From an uncultured Methanosarcinaceae archaeon (GTDB lineage: Archaea > Halobacteriota > Methanosarcinia > Methanosarcinales > Methanosarcinaceae), in NCBI GenBank assembly GCA_963727895.1, contig CAVSHT010000009.1:128001-192000 (forward strand): a stretch of 64,000 nucleotides of DNA, read 5' to 3'. A program made the position numbers and the translations under genes. Under the pieces are notes generated by a model that was not told the DNA's origin, searched no databases, and saw only the letters and a list, made by a program, of their open reading frames with translations. Below are positions 43,801 through 55,337 of this stretch, piece by piece. Within the stretch, counting starts at the first letter, position 1. Each line of letters opens with the position of its first letter.

Positions 43801-46800
43801 TTATCCGCGTCACTGAGTACATCGGATACATACCTATTCAGAATCTTTTCTCCTGTTTTATCGTAGGCCTGAACTGAGCATTCAACTTTTACCTGTTTAC
43901 TTGTTTTTCCCAGTTTATTCAGCTCATTTATCGCATCCACATTTATGTAAGATTTTAGAGTTTCAGCGTTTGGAGCAACGCGACCAAGATGCAACCCGCT
44001 TTTACTGTCAGATGAAACAGTATTTAAGAAAGTTGTACCTTGATGTAGATTTCTAGTGTTTCCGCTTGATCCCAGTGAGGTCTCTTTCAAATCACCCGAT
44101 TTTAGCCCGGGGGTTAATAAGTACGGGTTTTTTGTTTCAAAAGCTTCAGCACCTTTTCCGAAGGCTTTTAATCCTACAGCTAGGGAAGCCACAACATCTA
44201 AGTCTTTTTCAATGTCAGTAAACATGTTAGTGTATTTAGCTGACGATGCTATCATGTCTACGCCCATCACGGCACCCGGTGCAGCTCCAACTGCTTTGGC
44301 TGCATAAGGTACAATTGGCTATCTTAGCACTGCTTTCAGCAACTGGCTTCAAAGCTTTAAGCGTTGCAGCGGATAAACCAAGTTCTGCACCTTTTAAAGC
44401 GGCTCCGCCTATGGCAGACTCTGCAACAAGAACACCAACGTCAGCGGCTGCGTTCAATGGTTGATTTTTAGCATAGTTATACTTGTTTACCTCCCAGTTG
44501 CGAATAGCTGAAAGCCGTGAGTCACTGTCAACTGTTTTTTCCCACTTGTTCATTACACTGTTTCCTAGTGCTTTTCTTAACGCTGAGTTTCCAGCTGTTT
44601 GAACTGTGCTTACATTAGGGATATATTTTGATACTGCTTTATTTGAAGCATCTACTGCAGCAGCGGCCCTTTTATAGCTAAAAGTATCTATAAATTTTGT
44701 ATTTAGCTTTGCGGAGGCTGCTCCAAGTCCGCCATTTTTAATCTCAGCATTATACAGAGCTAAATCAGCCGCTGCTTGTATTTCGGCTGCTTTCTGAGCG
44801 ACTGTTTTAAACGATTGAAGATCTGTAAATGTTGCTTTTTCACCTGTAAGGGTGGAATATCCATTTTTCGCCGTTGCGGTCATCGGGGATACTACTCCGT
44901 AGTTTAGCAACTTTGCAGTAGCCTGCTTTTCCTTTTCCTCCTGAGCCTGCTTTACTTTTTGAATTGCTCCATACTGTGATGCCGTCTTTGAAACTGCTGT
45001 AAGCTTACCGGTTTTATCGGTTCTTAGTACTCTTACCTCTGATTCTCCTGTGCTTGCAGCTCCGTTTGTTTGAATCTGGTGTATAACCCTGTTATTTTTG
45101 CCCACAACGTCTTTAAAAGCCGCATTTAGCTTTTTTGCTGTTTCTGCTTCGATTTTTGCTGCTGCTACTGCCGCAGTGTACCCCGCATTTGAAGTAGCAG
45201 CTTTTGCTCTACCACCTACGGTGGCACCTGTCAGGTATTGTTGAGTTGTAGTTTTTCCCTTTGCAATCATTGCCTTATAGTCGGCTAAATTTTGAGATTT
45301 TTCCGCAACGGAGGAACCATATATTGTTTTAGCAACCTTTGAGTTAGGATTTGAGGCCCCATTTTATTCAATATCAGCTGTCCTGATTAAGGGAGAGGAT
45401 TCCTTTATCACACTAGCATGATTGGAAGTAACTTGTTTCGCTAGTTTGTTCAGATTCTCAGAAGTGGCTTTTGCAGTCGAACAGGTACCAGCCTGCAATT
45501 TCTTTGCTTGTGCAGATATGACTTTGGGAGCTACAGCTTTAACCGCCTGTGTCGTTGCGGTTAATTTTGTTGCGAGTTTTGCAGTAGCAGTTGAGATAAT
45601 TTTTGCGGGTGCTGTTTTTGAAGCTGCAACTGAACCTGAGGTTGCAACTCCCTTGGAGTAGTTTGAACTTTTCGTGTTAGAAGGATTGTTTATATTGTTT
45701 GCAACATGTGAGACAACCCCCTTTGATTCTAAAGCGGAGCTCTGGGCAAGTTCTTTTTGTATGTCTGCAATCTGTCCCTCTGCCTTAGCATTAGCTGCAT
45801 TGCGAGCAGCTGTAACTGAGGCACTTTCTTTAGCAGCGTCCTCTAGATACACAGGCGGAGACTGTGTATTGGCAGGAGCTTCATAATACCATTTTATATA
45901 TGCAGGGTTGTAATGTTTGCCTGTGTTGTTTGAGGCTTCTCTTGCATTCCACTTGTTGAGTGTCTGCTGTTCTTGAGAATTGAGACTTCCAGAATAATAA
46001 TTTGAAGTTGTAGTATTTGCAGCTGCTGCACTCGCTGCTTTTACTGATTGTGCTTTTACAGTAGCGGTATATGCTTTTTCAATTGCAGTACTATAGGAAT
46101 CTATAGCGGACTGTGCTTCTTTCTGCGTTTTGTATGTGGTTGTTTTAGGCGCAGTTGCAGACACTCCATAAGCCTTTGCAGTCGCTGATAAGGATTTCAC
46201 AGAACTTGATATGTCGTATGTTGTAGTAGTGGTTGCAGTTGCAACTTTAGTAGAGACAGACCCCCCGCTCGAAGAGGTAGTTTTTGCAGAACTACTTGCG
46301 TTTGAGCTTAGTTTTTTATTAACCTCAGTTGTATAACTATCAATTATACTTTGAGCTTTCTTTGAGTCTGTAATTGTTGAGCCATAGATTTTAGGCTTGG
46401 ACACACTTAAACCAGCTGCTACAGCCTGTTTGTAAACACTTGCGAGAGCGGAATCTACGTCATAATACGAAGCGGTCTTAGCTGCCGCTGAAGCTGTGAC
46501 ATTTTTAGCCGCTGTTGCTGCCTTACTAGACTGACTAGATTGACTAGGTTGGCTGGCTTGTGAGGTTGTGGTATATTTTGCAGCAATTAGCTCATTTGCC
46601 TTTGAAACATACGAGTCGACTATGCCTTGAGCTACAGAAGCACTTTTTATGGATTTGCCATAAGAAGCCGGAATGGTTAAACTAACACCATATGCAGCAG
46701 CCTGTGCTTTAATAGATGCAAGTGCAGAATCAATATCATAATATGTATCAGAAACTGTAGATCCAGTACCACGTACTGCAGTGTGATTACTTGTTACATT

Positions 46801-47055
46801 TGAAGTTAATTTACTTTTTGATGTTAATGCAGCACTTTTTACAGCGTTTACAACAGTCTGTTTTTTTGCTGAAACTACTGAAGATGAGGACGAGGCAGTT
46901 GTAGATGATGTATTAGCGGCAAGCCGGGCATCGTTGGCAGCTTTAGCCTTTTGAACTTCAGCACCATTTGAACCGGTTACCACTTGAAGCGAGCCGTCTG
47001 CTGCTGTATATTTTAGAATAACCCCGCCACTTGGAGTTGAGCCATAAATTAACAT
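40882..47055 (-). pseudogene. Giant A/S/T/K-rich protein (~1,700 aa or more) with internal repeats and a nucleotidyltransferase-like domain
   Basis: Six collinear ORFs joined by an in-frame TAA (45364), a frameshift (~44310), an in-frame TAG (43305), an IS insertion and a frameshift (~41280). Confidence 0.75.
41770..42748 (-). mobile_element. Truncated DDE transposase element (ISNCY/ISMac19-like, tentative)
   Basis: CDFC...CPTC Zn ribbon, LYIDG, IVSDED, FCVFHQ; 3' part missing; interrupts the giant gene. Confidence 0.8.
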
Positions 47056-47107
47056 AATTAGAACCCTCTTTTTGAATAGAGGGCATTTTAAGCCCTCATA
47101 GTTGTTT

Positions 47108-47392
47108 TTAAGCTTTCGTTACACGAACAGTTGCAGAAGGCAGCTGGGATTGTAAGTGTTGCTTTACAGCAGCAGCAGGCACATCAAGATTTTTTAAATA
47201 TGTAATTTTATGAGATATTACATACCCCTGCTGTGTTTTAACCGTTGCACCGAAAGTCCCTTTTTGAACCTTGGTTTTAATACGTTTTTTAGCAGCGGAG
47301 GCCTCTGCGAGAGACACAAAGGGGCCGAACTTCTGTTCAACAACTATACGTAATTTTTTAGAGGACGTTTTTTTCATTACCATGGTTGCCAT
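47108..47392 (-). CDS. Basic hypothetical protein
   Basis: Intact 94-aa ORF directly upstream of the giant gene. Confidence 0.7.
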   Translation of the reverse strand: MATMVMKKTSSKKLRIVVEQKFGPFVSLAEASAAKKRIKTKVQKGTFGATVKTQQGYVISHKITYLKNLDVPAAAVKQHLQSQLPSATVRVTKA

Positions 47393-47562
47393 TCCTGAGA
47401 CTAATATATAATTATATTATATAAAATATAATTAGTCTGTAATAATAGTTATGCAAGCAGAGTATATAAGTATTTCTGCAAGAAAAACAGGATTAGAAGA
47501 AATGAAAATTAAAAAAGGAAAATAGTAATAAATTGAAGGTTGCGCAGTAGTTTGTATTACAA

Positions 47563-48101
47563 CTACCAAGCAACATTATAACCTAGAACTGTATCCAGAC
47601 TGTTATAATCTGGATTTCCATGGCGCAATGAGACAGGGGGTATAGGCGGAGCCTACCTTTAGGTCTACACGCTTGTCTGATTCTGTGCAATCGATGTAGA
47701 TTCTACCACGGTCTGTTGTGTCGAAGGCATTGCAGGCGTGACCAAAACCGCGACCAAGAGTGACTGCAACGAATCCGCAGGTTATAACCCGCAGCTTCTG
47801 CATGATTGTGTAGCATTTCGGCATAATCGGCACATTGAAACGAACTATTGTACAACATTTGATCTGTCGTGTCATTATCGACAAAATTGATTACCTGTTC
47901 ATAAGTAACGTATGTTGCATTTGGATTTTCAGTTAGGTTAATGTGGTGTCCATCTGCACCTAAATAATCCAACTTATGTACGTTGGCACTGTCTGAGGGG
48001 AAGAGATATGCGAAAGTTAACATTACTGCAAATACAGCAAATACAGCAAATGCAGCAAAAAAGCCTAAAATACAGACTTCTAGAATATCTTTAAAACCCA
48101 T
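47563..48101 (-). pseudogene. Membrane-anchored transglutaminase/papain-like Cys-His-Asp protein, frameshifted
   Basis: N-terminal TM, FQCADYAEMLHNHAE, then GHACNAFDTTDRGRIYIDC in the next frame. Confidence 0.65.
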
Positions 48102-48122
48102 TATTTTACCCCCAGCTCCACT

Positions 48123-48638
48123 TTAGACTTCCAGTGTTATTTTTTCTTGCTTATTTTCGTATAATTTTCTATAATTTTGATCGAAACTTTTCACTAATCT
48201 TTTCGCAGTATAATGGCTTATTGATAATTTTTCGGCAATTACTTCGATATCAGTATTTTTCAGAGCCAGCCGAATGAAACGCTCTGCACGTTTACACAAA
48301 GCGTCACTTGCTCCTAATTTTATAATGTCTACCTTTGGAACGCCTAAAGAGATTTGTCTAATTACTTCACCCAGCCCAAGTTTTCGTGGTATTCCCTGAT
48401 GATCTGTTTTTTTCCAGTTTTCAATTTTACGGATGTGTCGCAAAAATGAGGCAACCCCTGTCGTAATTTCAGGGTGAGCCAGCGAAATTTCGTAAGCGCT
48501 CATATTTACAGGGCACTTAGAAAACTTTATAATTATTTCTGTTATTTCTTCTGGTGCTTTAATTTTTTCGAGTTCTGTACCGTTGCAGACCTGTTTATAT
48601 ATTTTTGATACCTTTTCTTCCTGCGTTTGATGATGCAC
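48123..48638 (-). CDS. Hypothetical protein with C-terminal HTH
   Basis: IEVIAEKLSISHYTAKRLV. Confidence 0.6.
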   Translation of the reverse strand: MHHQTQEEKVSKIYKQVCNGTELEKIKAPEEITEIIIKFSKCPVNMSAYEISLAHPEITTGVASFLRHIRKIENWKKTDHQGIPRKLGLGEVIRQISLGVPKVDIIKLGASDALCKRAERFIRLALKNTDIEVIAEKLSISHYTAKRLVKSFDQNYRKLYENKQEKITLEV

Positions 48639-48659
48639 GTTTTTACCCCCCTAACGTTT

Positions 48660-48779
48660 TTAGTGTTCAATTACCATTTTCTGTTTACATCTTCTGCCGT
48701 AGCCTGCTTTTATTGATTTTTCATTCTTCAAGGGCTTGCCACACCTTTTGCAGGTACTTGATCTTTCTTCTTTTTCCAT
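48660..48779 (-). CDS. 39-aa Zn-finger-like protein (DUF6011-like, not in ORF track)
   Basis: CKRCGKPLKNEKSIKAGYGRRC; GGGGGT RBS. Confidence 0.65.
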   Translation of the reverse strand: MEKEERSSTCKRCGKPLKNEKSIKAGYGRRCKQKMVIEH

Positions 48780-48800
48780 AATTTTTACCCCCAACTTAAT

Positions 48801-49031
48801 TTAATTTTTTATTCCGTATTTTGCGTCTGCCAGACAATCTATTTCACATCGACTGTACACGAGACACATAGTGATGTACTTTACACTGTCGCGGTCATTG
48901 AATGCTGGATAAAGGTTAACGAAACTTGTTAAAATATCTGCATTATTTCCACTGTCAAATAGGCAACCGAGAAAGTTTTTATAATCAGCTAATTTTGATT
49001 TAATTTCATGGCGTTTTTCAACTGTAACCAT
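48801..49031 (-). CDS. Hypothetical protein
   Basis: ORF with GGGGGA RBS in an operon-like run. Confidence 0.6.
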   Translation of the reverse strand: MVTVEKRHEIKSKLADYKNFLGCLFDSGNNADILTSFVNLYPAFNDRDSVKYITMCLVYSRCEIDCLADAKYGIKN

Positions 49032-49091
49032 CGTTTTTATCCCCCGTTTTTTGTTTTTTAAAGCTTAATATAGCCCGTTTTACAATTCAAT

Positions 49092-49304
49092 TTACTCTAC
49101 TTTCACATATCCAAACCCAAGTCCCTCAATTTCGATCTTTTTTATTTTACCCTCATACTCCATTTTTTCAAGCAATGCTTTAGCCGTATTTCTGCTACAG
49201 CCTACGCAATCTTTAATGACTACTATGGCGCGCGCCTTCTGCGTATCAAGACAACTTAGAACCATGTCTTCAGTATACTTTTTTTCGTATGTCAAAGATT
49301 TCAC
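49092..49304 (-). CDS. Small winged-HTH protein
   Basis: IKDCVGCSRNTAKALLEKMEYEGKIKK. Confidence 0.7.
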   Translation of the reverse strand: MKSLTYEKKYTEDMVLSCLDTQKARAIVVIKDCVGCSRNTAKALLEKMEYEGKIKKIEIEGLGFGYVKVE

Positions 49305-49553
49305 CTCTTTCTTAGTTATATATACGCTCTGAAAGTAGTTATAAGTTGCTATTGAGTGTCGTAACCGAACGTCATTAGCAGTTAATTAATAATATAATAA
49401 TATTAAAGTGGTATCAAAAGAAAAGCAAACATTAGCTCAGAAACAAACTGAAAAAATAATTGAACGCAAATATAAAACCATAATATTTAACTATAAATAA
49501 CAAAATAGTACTATTAATAACATGAGTTTAAAAATATAAAAAGAGGTTAAAAT

Positions 49554-49697
49554 ATGGATGCGGTATGCGAGGCTGAATTAACAATAATGAGAACAGAAAT
49601 CAGCGACTTGAAAAAACAAATTAAAGGATTGAAGGAAGAAATGGAAAGAAAAGTAGATATTGACGATTTATTAGATGCCTTAGATATAAAAGAATAA
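49554..49697 (+). CDS. 47-aa coiled-coil peptide (not in ORF track)
   Basis: GAGGT RBS; MDAVCEAELTIMRTEISDLKKQIKGLKEEMERKVDIDDLLDALDIKE. Confidence 0.55.
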   Translation: MDAVCEAELTIMRTEISDLKKQIKGLKEEMERKVDIDDLLDALDIKE

Positions 49698-49929
49698 GAT
49701 AAATGAAACGTAAATCTGGTTTATCCGTGACCTGCCTCGATATATAGTTCTGTGATAATTGATTATTAATCTCCATTCAGCCTGAAAATTTCCTCGTGAC
49801 CACGCTAATTTCAAAAACTTCTCGGTAAAAGGTGGATATTTGTCCATCCTATGAATGAAATACTTAAAATGAACATATACTCATTGAAAAAATGAAAAGG
49901 AAAGGATTGAAATAAAGAATGGATCAAAA

Positions 49930-50184
49930 TTATCTGCGCTTTACTGTTTTCTGTGCTGATTTTTGTGCTGATTTTTGAGTAGCTTTTTGTGCTGCACGCT
50001 CAGCTTTTACCTTTGATGCCTTCTTTGCGCCTTGTTCTTTTTGTGATCTAGTTTTATCAAAAATCGAGGTCTTTTCCGATGACGGGGTTCTCATTTTCTT
50101 TCTATTTGTATCATCCCTAGCTTTTTTAGATTTCTTTTTGATTTCAGTTTCTTCTTTGCCTAAAATCTTTTTCAGTATGCCCAT
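49930..50184 (-). CDS. Lys-rich basic protein
   Basis: 84 aa with AQKS repeats. Confidence 0.6.
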   Translation of the reverse strand: MGILKKILGKEETEIKKKSKKARDDTNRKKMRTPSSEKTSIFDKTRSQKEQGAKKASKVKAERAAQKATQKSAQKSAQKTVKRR

Positions 50185-50463
50185 TTTCTAAACCTTCTTT
50201 GCTTCCTTATATACCTATTTTCATTAATTGGCGCATTTTCTAAGAACGTGTTTTAAAACTCATTCTCACAGAGTTTTATCTTATCTAGTCTTCTAATTCT
50301 TTTTCTTATCATAGCAGCACAAGTTAAAGGTTTGCTTTTGTATACATGTCTCATAGATATTCAAACATCCCTACAACTAAAAATATGAGAAGTTATATAG
50401 ACAAGTTTTACTATAAATCTCAATTGCAACGATAAAACGTAACGAAGTTAAAAAGGGGGGGAT

Positions 50464-50674
50464 ATGCGTAACAACTTGTGAATTCTGTGGAGAAGGTATA
50501 ATATCATTGCCTTTCGAATGTCACAGATGTGGTAAGACTTTCTGCACTGATCATAGACTACCTGAGAAACACAATTGCTCATATGGTTGTCCAATACAGA
50601 GACCGTCTAATCCACTATATGTGAAGAAAAAGACTCCTGAAGAGAGTAAGAGAGTCTATTTTTTACCTAGATAA
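50464..50674 (+). pseudogene. AN1-type zinc finger protein (ATG one base out of frame)
   Basis: CEFCGEGIISLPFECHRCGKTFCTDHRLPEKHNC. Confidence 0.75.
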
Positions 50675-50732
50675 GGAGAGCAGAATGAAGAAAAACAATC
50701 TATTTGATTGAATCTATTAAGGTTGATGTTTT

Positions 50733-51302
50733 ATGGGTGTACAGTTCGACAGTAGAGGAAAAATAAAGAACTACAACTATAATGGCACATGTGTATTATT
50801 GGATGAACCATGTTTTAAGCATGGAGTTGACTGTAGCCCTTGCACACGCATACAGGAACCAAAACACAAATCAATTGAAGCTCCTATACCTCATGTTGTG
50901 GAAGTTATAAAGACACCTGTGTCTGAGCCAATTTCAATTCAAGAACCCTTAATCGAGCCAATAAATAAAATAGGAACTGTAAAATTTGAATCAATTCCTA
51001 AAATCATAAGTAATGAAGATCCAACTAAAATTATCGCACCCGAAGTCAAAAAAGAACGGTTTAATTATGAATTAACTTTCAAACGATCTCAAAGGTCTAT
51101 TACAAATAATTCAACTTCAGTTCTAACAAAAAAGAAAAACTTATGGGCTAGATTAACAGGTTTTATAAAATCAATTTTCAAGCCAAGAAACAAGAAGCCT
51201 TATGATCAGAAACCAAAGCAATCACCTAAGAGGAGTGGCAAGATATACGTTTGGAAAAATCGTAAAGAGGGATTTGGAAAGAAAAGAGTAAGGAACCTAT
51301 AA
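50733..51302 (+). CDS. Hypothetical protein (Cys cluster, Pro-rich middle, basic tail)
   Basis: ORF track, 189 aa. Confidence 0.6.
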   Translation: MGVQFDSRGKIKNYNYNGTCVLLDEPCFKHGVDCSPCTRIQEPKHKSIEAPIPHVVEVIKTPVSEPISIQEPLIEPINKIGTVKFESIPKIISNEDPTKIIAPEVKKERFNYELTFKRSQRSITNNSTSVLTKKKNLWARLTGFIKSIFKPRNKKPYDQKPKQSPKRSGKIYVWKNRKEGFGKKRVRNL

Positions 51303-51758
51303 TTAGATTTATTTTATTGGTCGGTGAATTACTCCTGAAACACTCCTTCCTGAGTTGGAACGCCTGCTCCACCTATTCCCCTATTTTCTATTCTAGCCTA
51401 TTCTGTGCACTCAATATTTGCACTAAAAATCAATAGCCTGTGCGAGATTAGACTACATAGTATGATATACCTTTGAGTATAGTCAGTTACAGTTGACACT
51501 GTTGAAAAATACCGTAATCAGTAAACGTCATTATTTTGTGTCAGACACGATTGACACGAAGGAGTTAACATTTTCAAAAACAGTACGGCTTCCTTGTTAA
51601 CACAACAGAAAGCATTAAGTAAGTAAACGACTATATTATATAGTATAGATCTCATATGTTAAGCACCTGCTAAACTAAATGGTTCGGTTTGGTTGGTTCA
51701 CAATACACGGGTTTCGTGCGGGTAACACGGATCCCGTAATTCTTCTTTTCTCGTTGTT

Positions 51759-51908
51759 TCAAAGATTTTCATTAAATACGGCTTCTAATATTGAACATAT
51801 CAGTCCAGACTGTGACTCTCCAGTCATTGTCCTTTCTTGCTCTATTTTTTGATAGAGGTCATCATCTACATATGCTGTAACTTGGATTTTGTTACAATAT
51901 CATTTCAT
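51759..51908 (-). pseudogene. Ribbon-helix-helix (CopG-like) regulator with an early TGA
   Basis: MK*YCNKIQVTAYVDDDLYQKIEQERTMTGESQSGLICSILE. Confidence 0.55.
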
Positions 51909-52199
51909 AAAAACTGCACCTGTTGTCTGGTCGTGGCATAGATTAACCTGCCTATTCCATATCGTATATAGGTGCTAAAAGTATAAATAACTTTCGTATG
52001 TTATATAGCTTCGCTTAAATAAAAAAGAGCTAATAATGCAGAGTTCACTGTTTGCGCTACTATCCTATAGTACATATAAGTTTAAAAGCTTGTCGTTAAC
52101 CATTGAAGCAAGTTTACATGTTTATAAACCCTGCAAAAGGTGAAAAATCGTTTTTGTTAACCTTATGATAATATTATAAAATTCAAAACAGCACACTTC

Positions 52200-52802
52200 T
52201 CATAATTTTGAGCGCCCCCTCACCCTGACAGCCTTTTTTGTATTACTCTGTTCCTCCAAAGCTTGCATTTCCAATGGTGCTAACATTAATTTTTGGGTCT
52301 CTACAATTATTCCCAGTAAGTCTATTTTCCCCTTTAAAACCTCAATTTCATCTCGTTCAACTGATAAATGTGCCGCTTCTGCCCGCAAAATATCATTTTC
52401 ATTTTTAATATCTTTATATGCTGCACCCTCTGACACATCAAGTTCTTTTTGGATAGTGAGATAAGGTACAAATTTTTTATAATACTCCTTCAATCCATCA
52501 ACATCCGCTTGATAATAATGGTTTTGTGTAGCAGGCAAAGAGTGCCCCATAAACTCTTCGGCATGGAAAAAGTCACATCCGGCGTTCAACATAGCTGAAT
52601 TAAAATACTTCCGCATGGTATGAGATCGGATTAAACCATAATTTCCCTTCTGAGTTTTCTTACTCGCTTTTGCTGCTAGATCTTTAAAAAGTTGAATAAA
52701 ACCAAATCGGTTAAATACACGCTCTTTTTCGTCAAAAGTATTTAAAAAAGTACTTGCAACCTTGCGGCGACAAAAAAGATAACTTGAGTCGTCATAAATA
52801 CC
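52200..52802 (-). pseudogene. Tyrosine recombinase/integrase, C-terminal fragment
   Basis: IRSHTMRKYF (HxxR), FMGH, NHYY; frame open to 52802; N-terminal part absent. Confidence 0.9.
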
Positions 52803-53013
52803 TTATTATGAAAATTCTTAATAGCCTTCTCAGAATTATAACTTTTATTTATATTATAATGAAAATATAATTACTGTCCTTAATTATAAGTATTAACAAT
52901 TACATATATTCAATGTGTGAAAAACGAACATTAGAAACAATTTAATATATTAATACAATTTTTATTGAAATATATAGTAAATTTCTAGACATGGAGAAGG
53001 AGGCTTTAATTTT

Positions 53014-53628
53014 ATGAGTCAAAATATAAAAGATATCACGAATATTCGTGATATAAAAATAACAGATTTATCTGGAAACCCCGCTCCTCTAGGTTTGATG
53101 GGATTCGGAATGACGACTCTGCTCTTGAATTTACATAATGCAGGCTTTTTTCCAATGAATGCAATGATCCTTTCTATGGGTATATTTTATGGTGGGTTGG
53201 CTCAGGTCGTTGCTGGAATCGAAGAATGGAAAAAAGGAAATACTTTTGGAGCCACGGCTTTTACCTCGTATGGTTTTTTCTGGCTTAGTCTGGTAGGAAT
53301 TGTTCTACTTCCAAAATCTCCAGACTATGCAGGATTAGCGGCAAATTCACTCGCTTTTGCCTCATATTTACTCATGTGGGGAATCTTTACCTTATTTATG
53401 TTCATAGGTACATTGCCAGGCTCAAAGGCGCTCTCGGTTGTATTTCTAACTCTCACAATACTGTTCATCTTGCTGGCAATAGGGAACTATCTGGGTGCTG
53501 AGGGTGCAGGTGCCGGAATACTCAGAATAGCTGGTTATGAAGGAATTCTTACAGGACTTTCCGCAATATACACAGCACTTGGTCAGGTACTAAACGAAGC
53601 ATATGGAAAGAAAATAGTTCCGTTATAA
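53014..53628 (+). CDS. satP: Acetate uptake transporter (GPR1/FUN34/YaaH)
   Basis: [25 protein letters not shown]. Confidence 0.93.
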   Translation: MSQNIKDITNIRDIKITDLSGNPAPLGLMGFGMTTLLLNLHNAGFFPMNAMILSMGIFYGGLAQVVAGIEEWKKGNTFGATAFTSYGFFWLSLVGIVLLPKSPDYAGLAANSLAFASYLLMWGIFTLFMFIGTLPGSKALSVVFLTLTILFILLAIGNYLGAEGAGAGILRIAGYEGILTGLSAIYTALGQVLNEAYGKKIVPL

Positions 53629-54250
53629 AATAATTCCTTTATATATTGGATTCCATTTTTATGGACTTTATTTCCATTTATTTTTTTATGGACTTTATTT
53701 CCCTGGATTTTCCAGTGAAATTCCCATTTTCTTTTTATGAATTGCTTGTGAATGATCCATTAGCGAGATTTAGGGAATTTTAAAGGTATATTTTATTAAA
53801 CAGGAGTTTTCAATTGCTTAATAAAGATAAATTGCAGATATTACTTTTTTAAAACCTATTTCTGTACTGTTAAAGGGGGGAAACTTACAAGAATTATGTG
53901 GATAATTTTAGAAATATAGTTTTTCCAATAAAAGTTTCAGTTTTTGAACCTATTGATTATCCAGTATCAACTAGTAACAGAATATACCAAAGTCATATTT
54001 TTTAACTGTGTAAATATTTCATTATTTAGTTGATGTCTACCCCTATCTGTATGTAGATATTTATTTAATGTCTCTCAACGTCTTTTTATGGAACATATTG
54101 AAGCATAATCCATTTTTACAAACAATTATTAGTTGATTCATCTAGCATTAGATCACTTCTATAAAAGATAGCTGACTGCACATACTTTATACACATTATA
54201 AAATCTTATACTACGTAAATAATATTTAAAAGTCATTTAATATTATTTTT

Positions 54251-55174
54251 ATGGACTCTAATGTATTTTTTGGAAGTTTCGGGAGAATTCTCAAGTACAA
54301 GCGAAAGAATACCAAAGAATATAGGCACAAAAATTCTACACTTGAACTCTTAAAAAGTTCTATTTTAGTTGCGTTTTCAGGCGCATTAAGAATTCATATT
54401 GCATTCCTCCTACTTAAGATTCATTCCAGTTTATTTACATGCATTGCAGGAGGACTCGTAATTTACAGTGTATATACACTTGATCGAACTCTTGGTTCCG
54501 AAGAAGATATTATTAACAGAAAGGAGTTAAGTGGCTCAAGAAAGGAAATAGGGTTTGCAGCCTCCATTCTTACTTTGTTTATAGGAAGCTATGTACTGAC
54601 AAAAGAAAGAATGCTTACACTTGCATTTTTACCTTTCATAACCGGTTTTCTTTATAGCAAAGGGATTAAGATAGGGAGATTTGCTTTAAAACTCAAATGT
54701 GGGCTTGGAGTCAAAAACTTTGTTGTAGGTCTTACATGGGGTGCTTTTATTTCAGGGCTTGCAGGTAATACTTGTAAAAGCATTGTTCCTATTGTTTTAG
54801 TTTTCACTTTTTTTGGAATCAAGCTTTTTGTCAATTCTATCATATATGATTTCAAAGATGTAAAAGGAGATATATATGCAGGTATCAAAACCCTTCCTGT
54901 ATGTCTTGGGGCACACAATACCAGAAATTTCCTTCTGAAACTGCACCTGCTTTCCCATCTAATGCTTGGTATTGCCATAATTAATGGAGTTCTTGCTTTC
55001 GAACCCCTTATCATTCTATACAGCTTCATATGTGGGTTAATCTGCATTAAAAACTATACAAAAAGTAATGAAGAGGTATCTTCTTTCCAAAAGGTAGAAA
55101 GAACGATTCTTGTAGATGGAGAATCAACTTCTATTGTGGGACTGAAAATAATTGCAAGTGCGCTCATGGAATAA
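54251..55174 (+). CDS. UbiA-family prenyltransferase
   Basis: YDFKDVKGD...GIKTLPV; multi-TM. Confidence 0.88.
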   Translation: MDSNVFFGSFGRILKYKRKNTKEYRHKNSTLELLKSSILVAFSGALRIHIAFLLLKIHSSLFTCIAGGLVIYSVYTLDRTLGSEEDIINRKELSGSRKEIGFAASILTLFIGSYVLTKERMLTLAFLPFITGFLYSKGIKIGRFALKLKCGLGVKNFVVGLTWGAFISGLAGNTCKSIVPIVLVFTFFGIKLFVNSIIYDFKDVKGDIYAGIKTLPVCLGAHNTRNFLLKLHLLSHLMLGIAIINGVLAFEPLIILYSFICGLICIKNYTKSNEEVSSFQKVERTILVDGESTSIVGLKIIASALME

Positions 55175-55337
55175 AACACAATATTGTAGAGGGTCGTAAT
55201 ACTAAAGTGAGAATCAATAAAATAGATAAAGTGTTTCAGAATACAAGATCTAATCCACAGGAAAGCTACCAATACTAAAAGTAAAGCCATATTGTCTTAT
55301 TAACTTTATAATTTTTGAAAAATCCTTAAAAACACTT

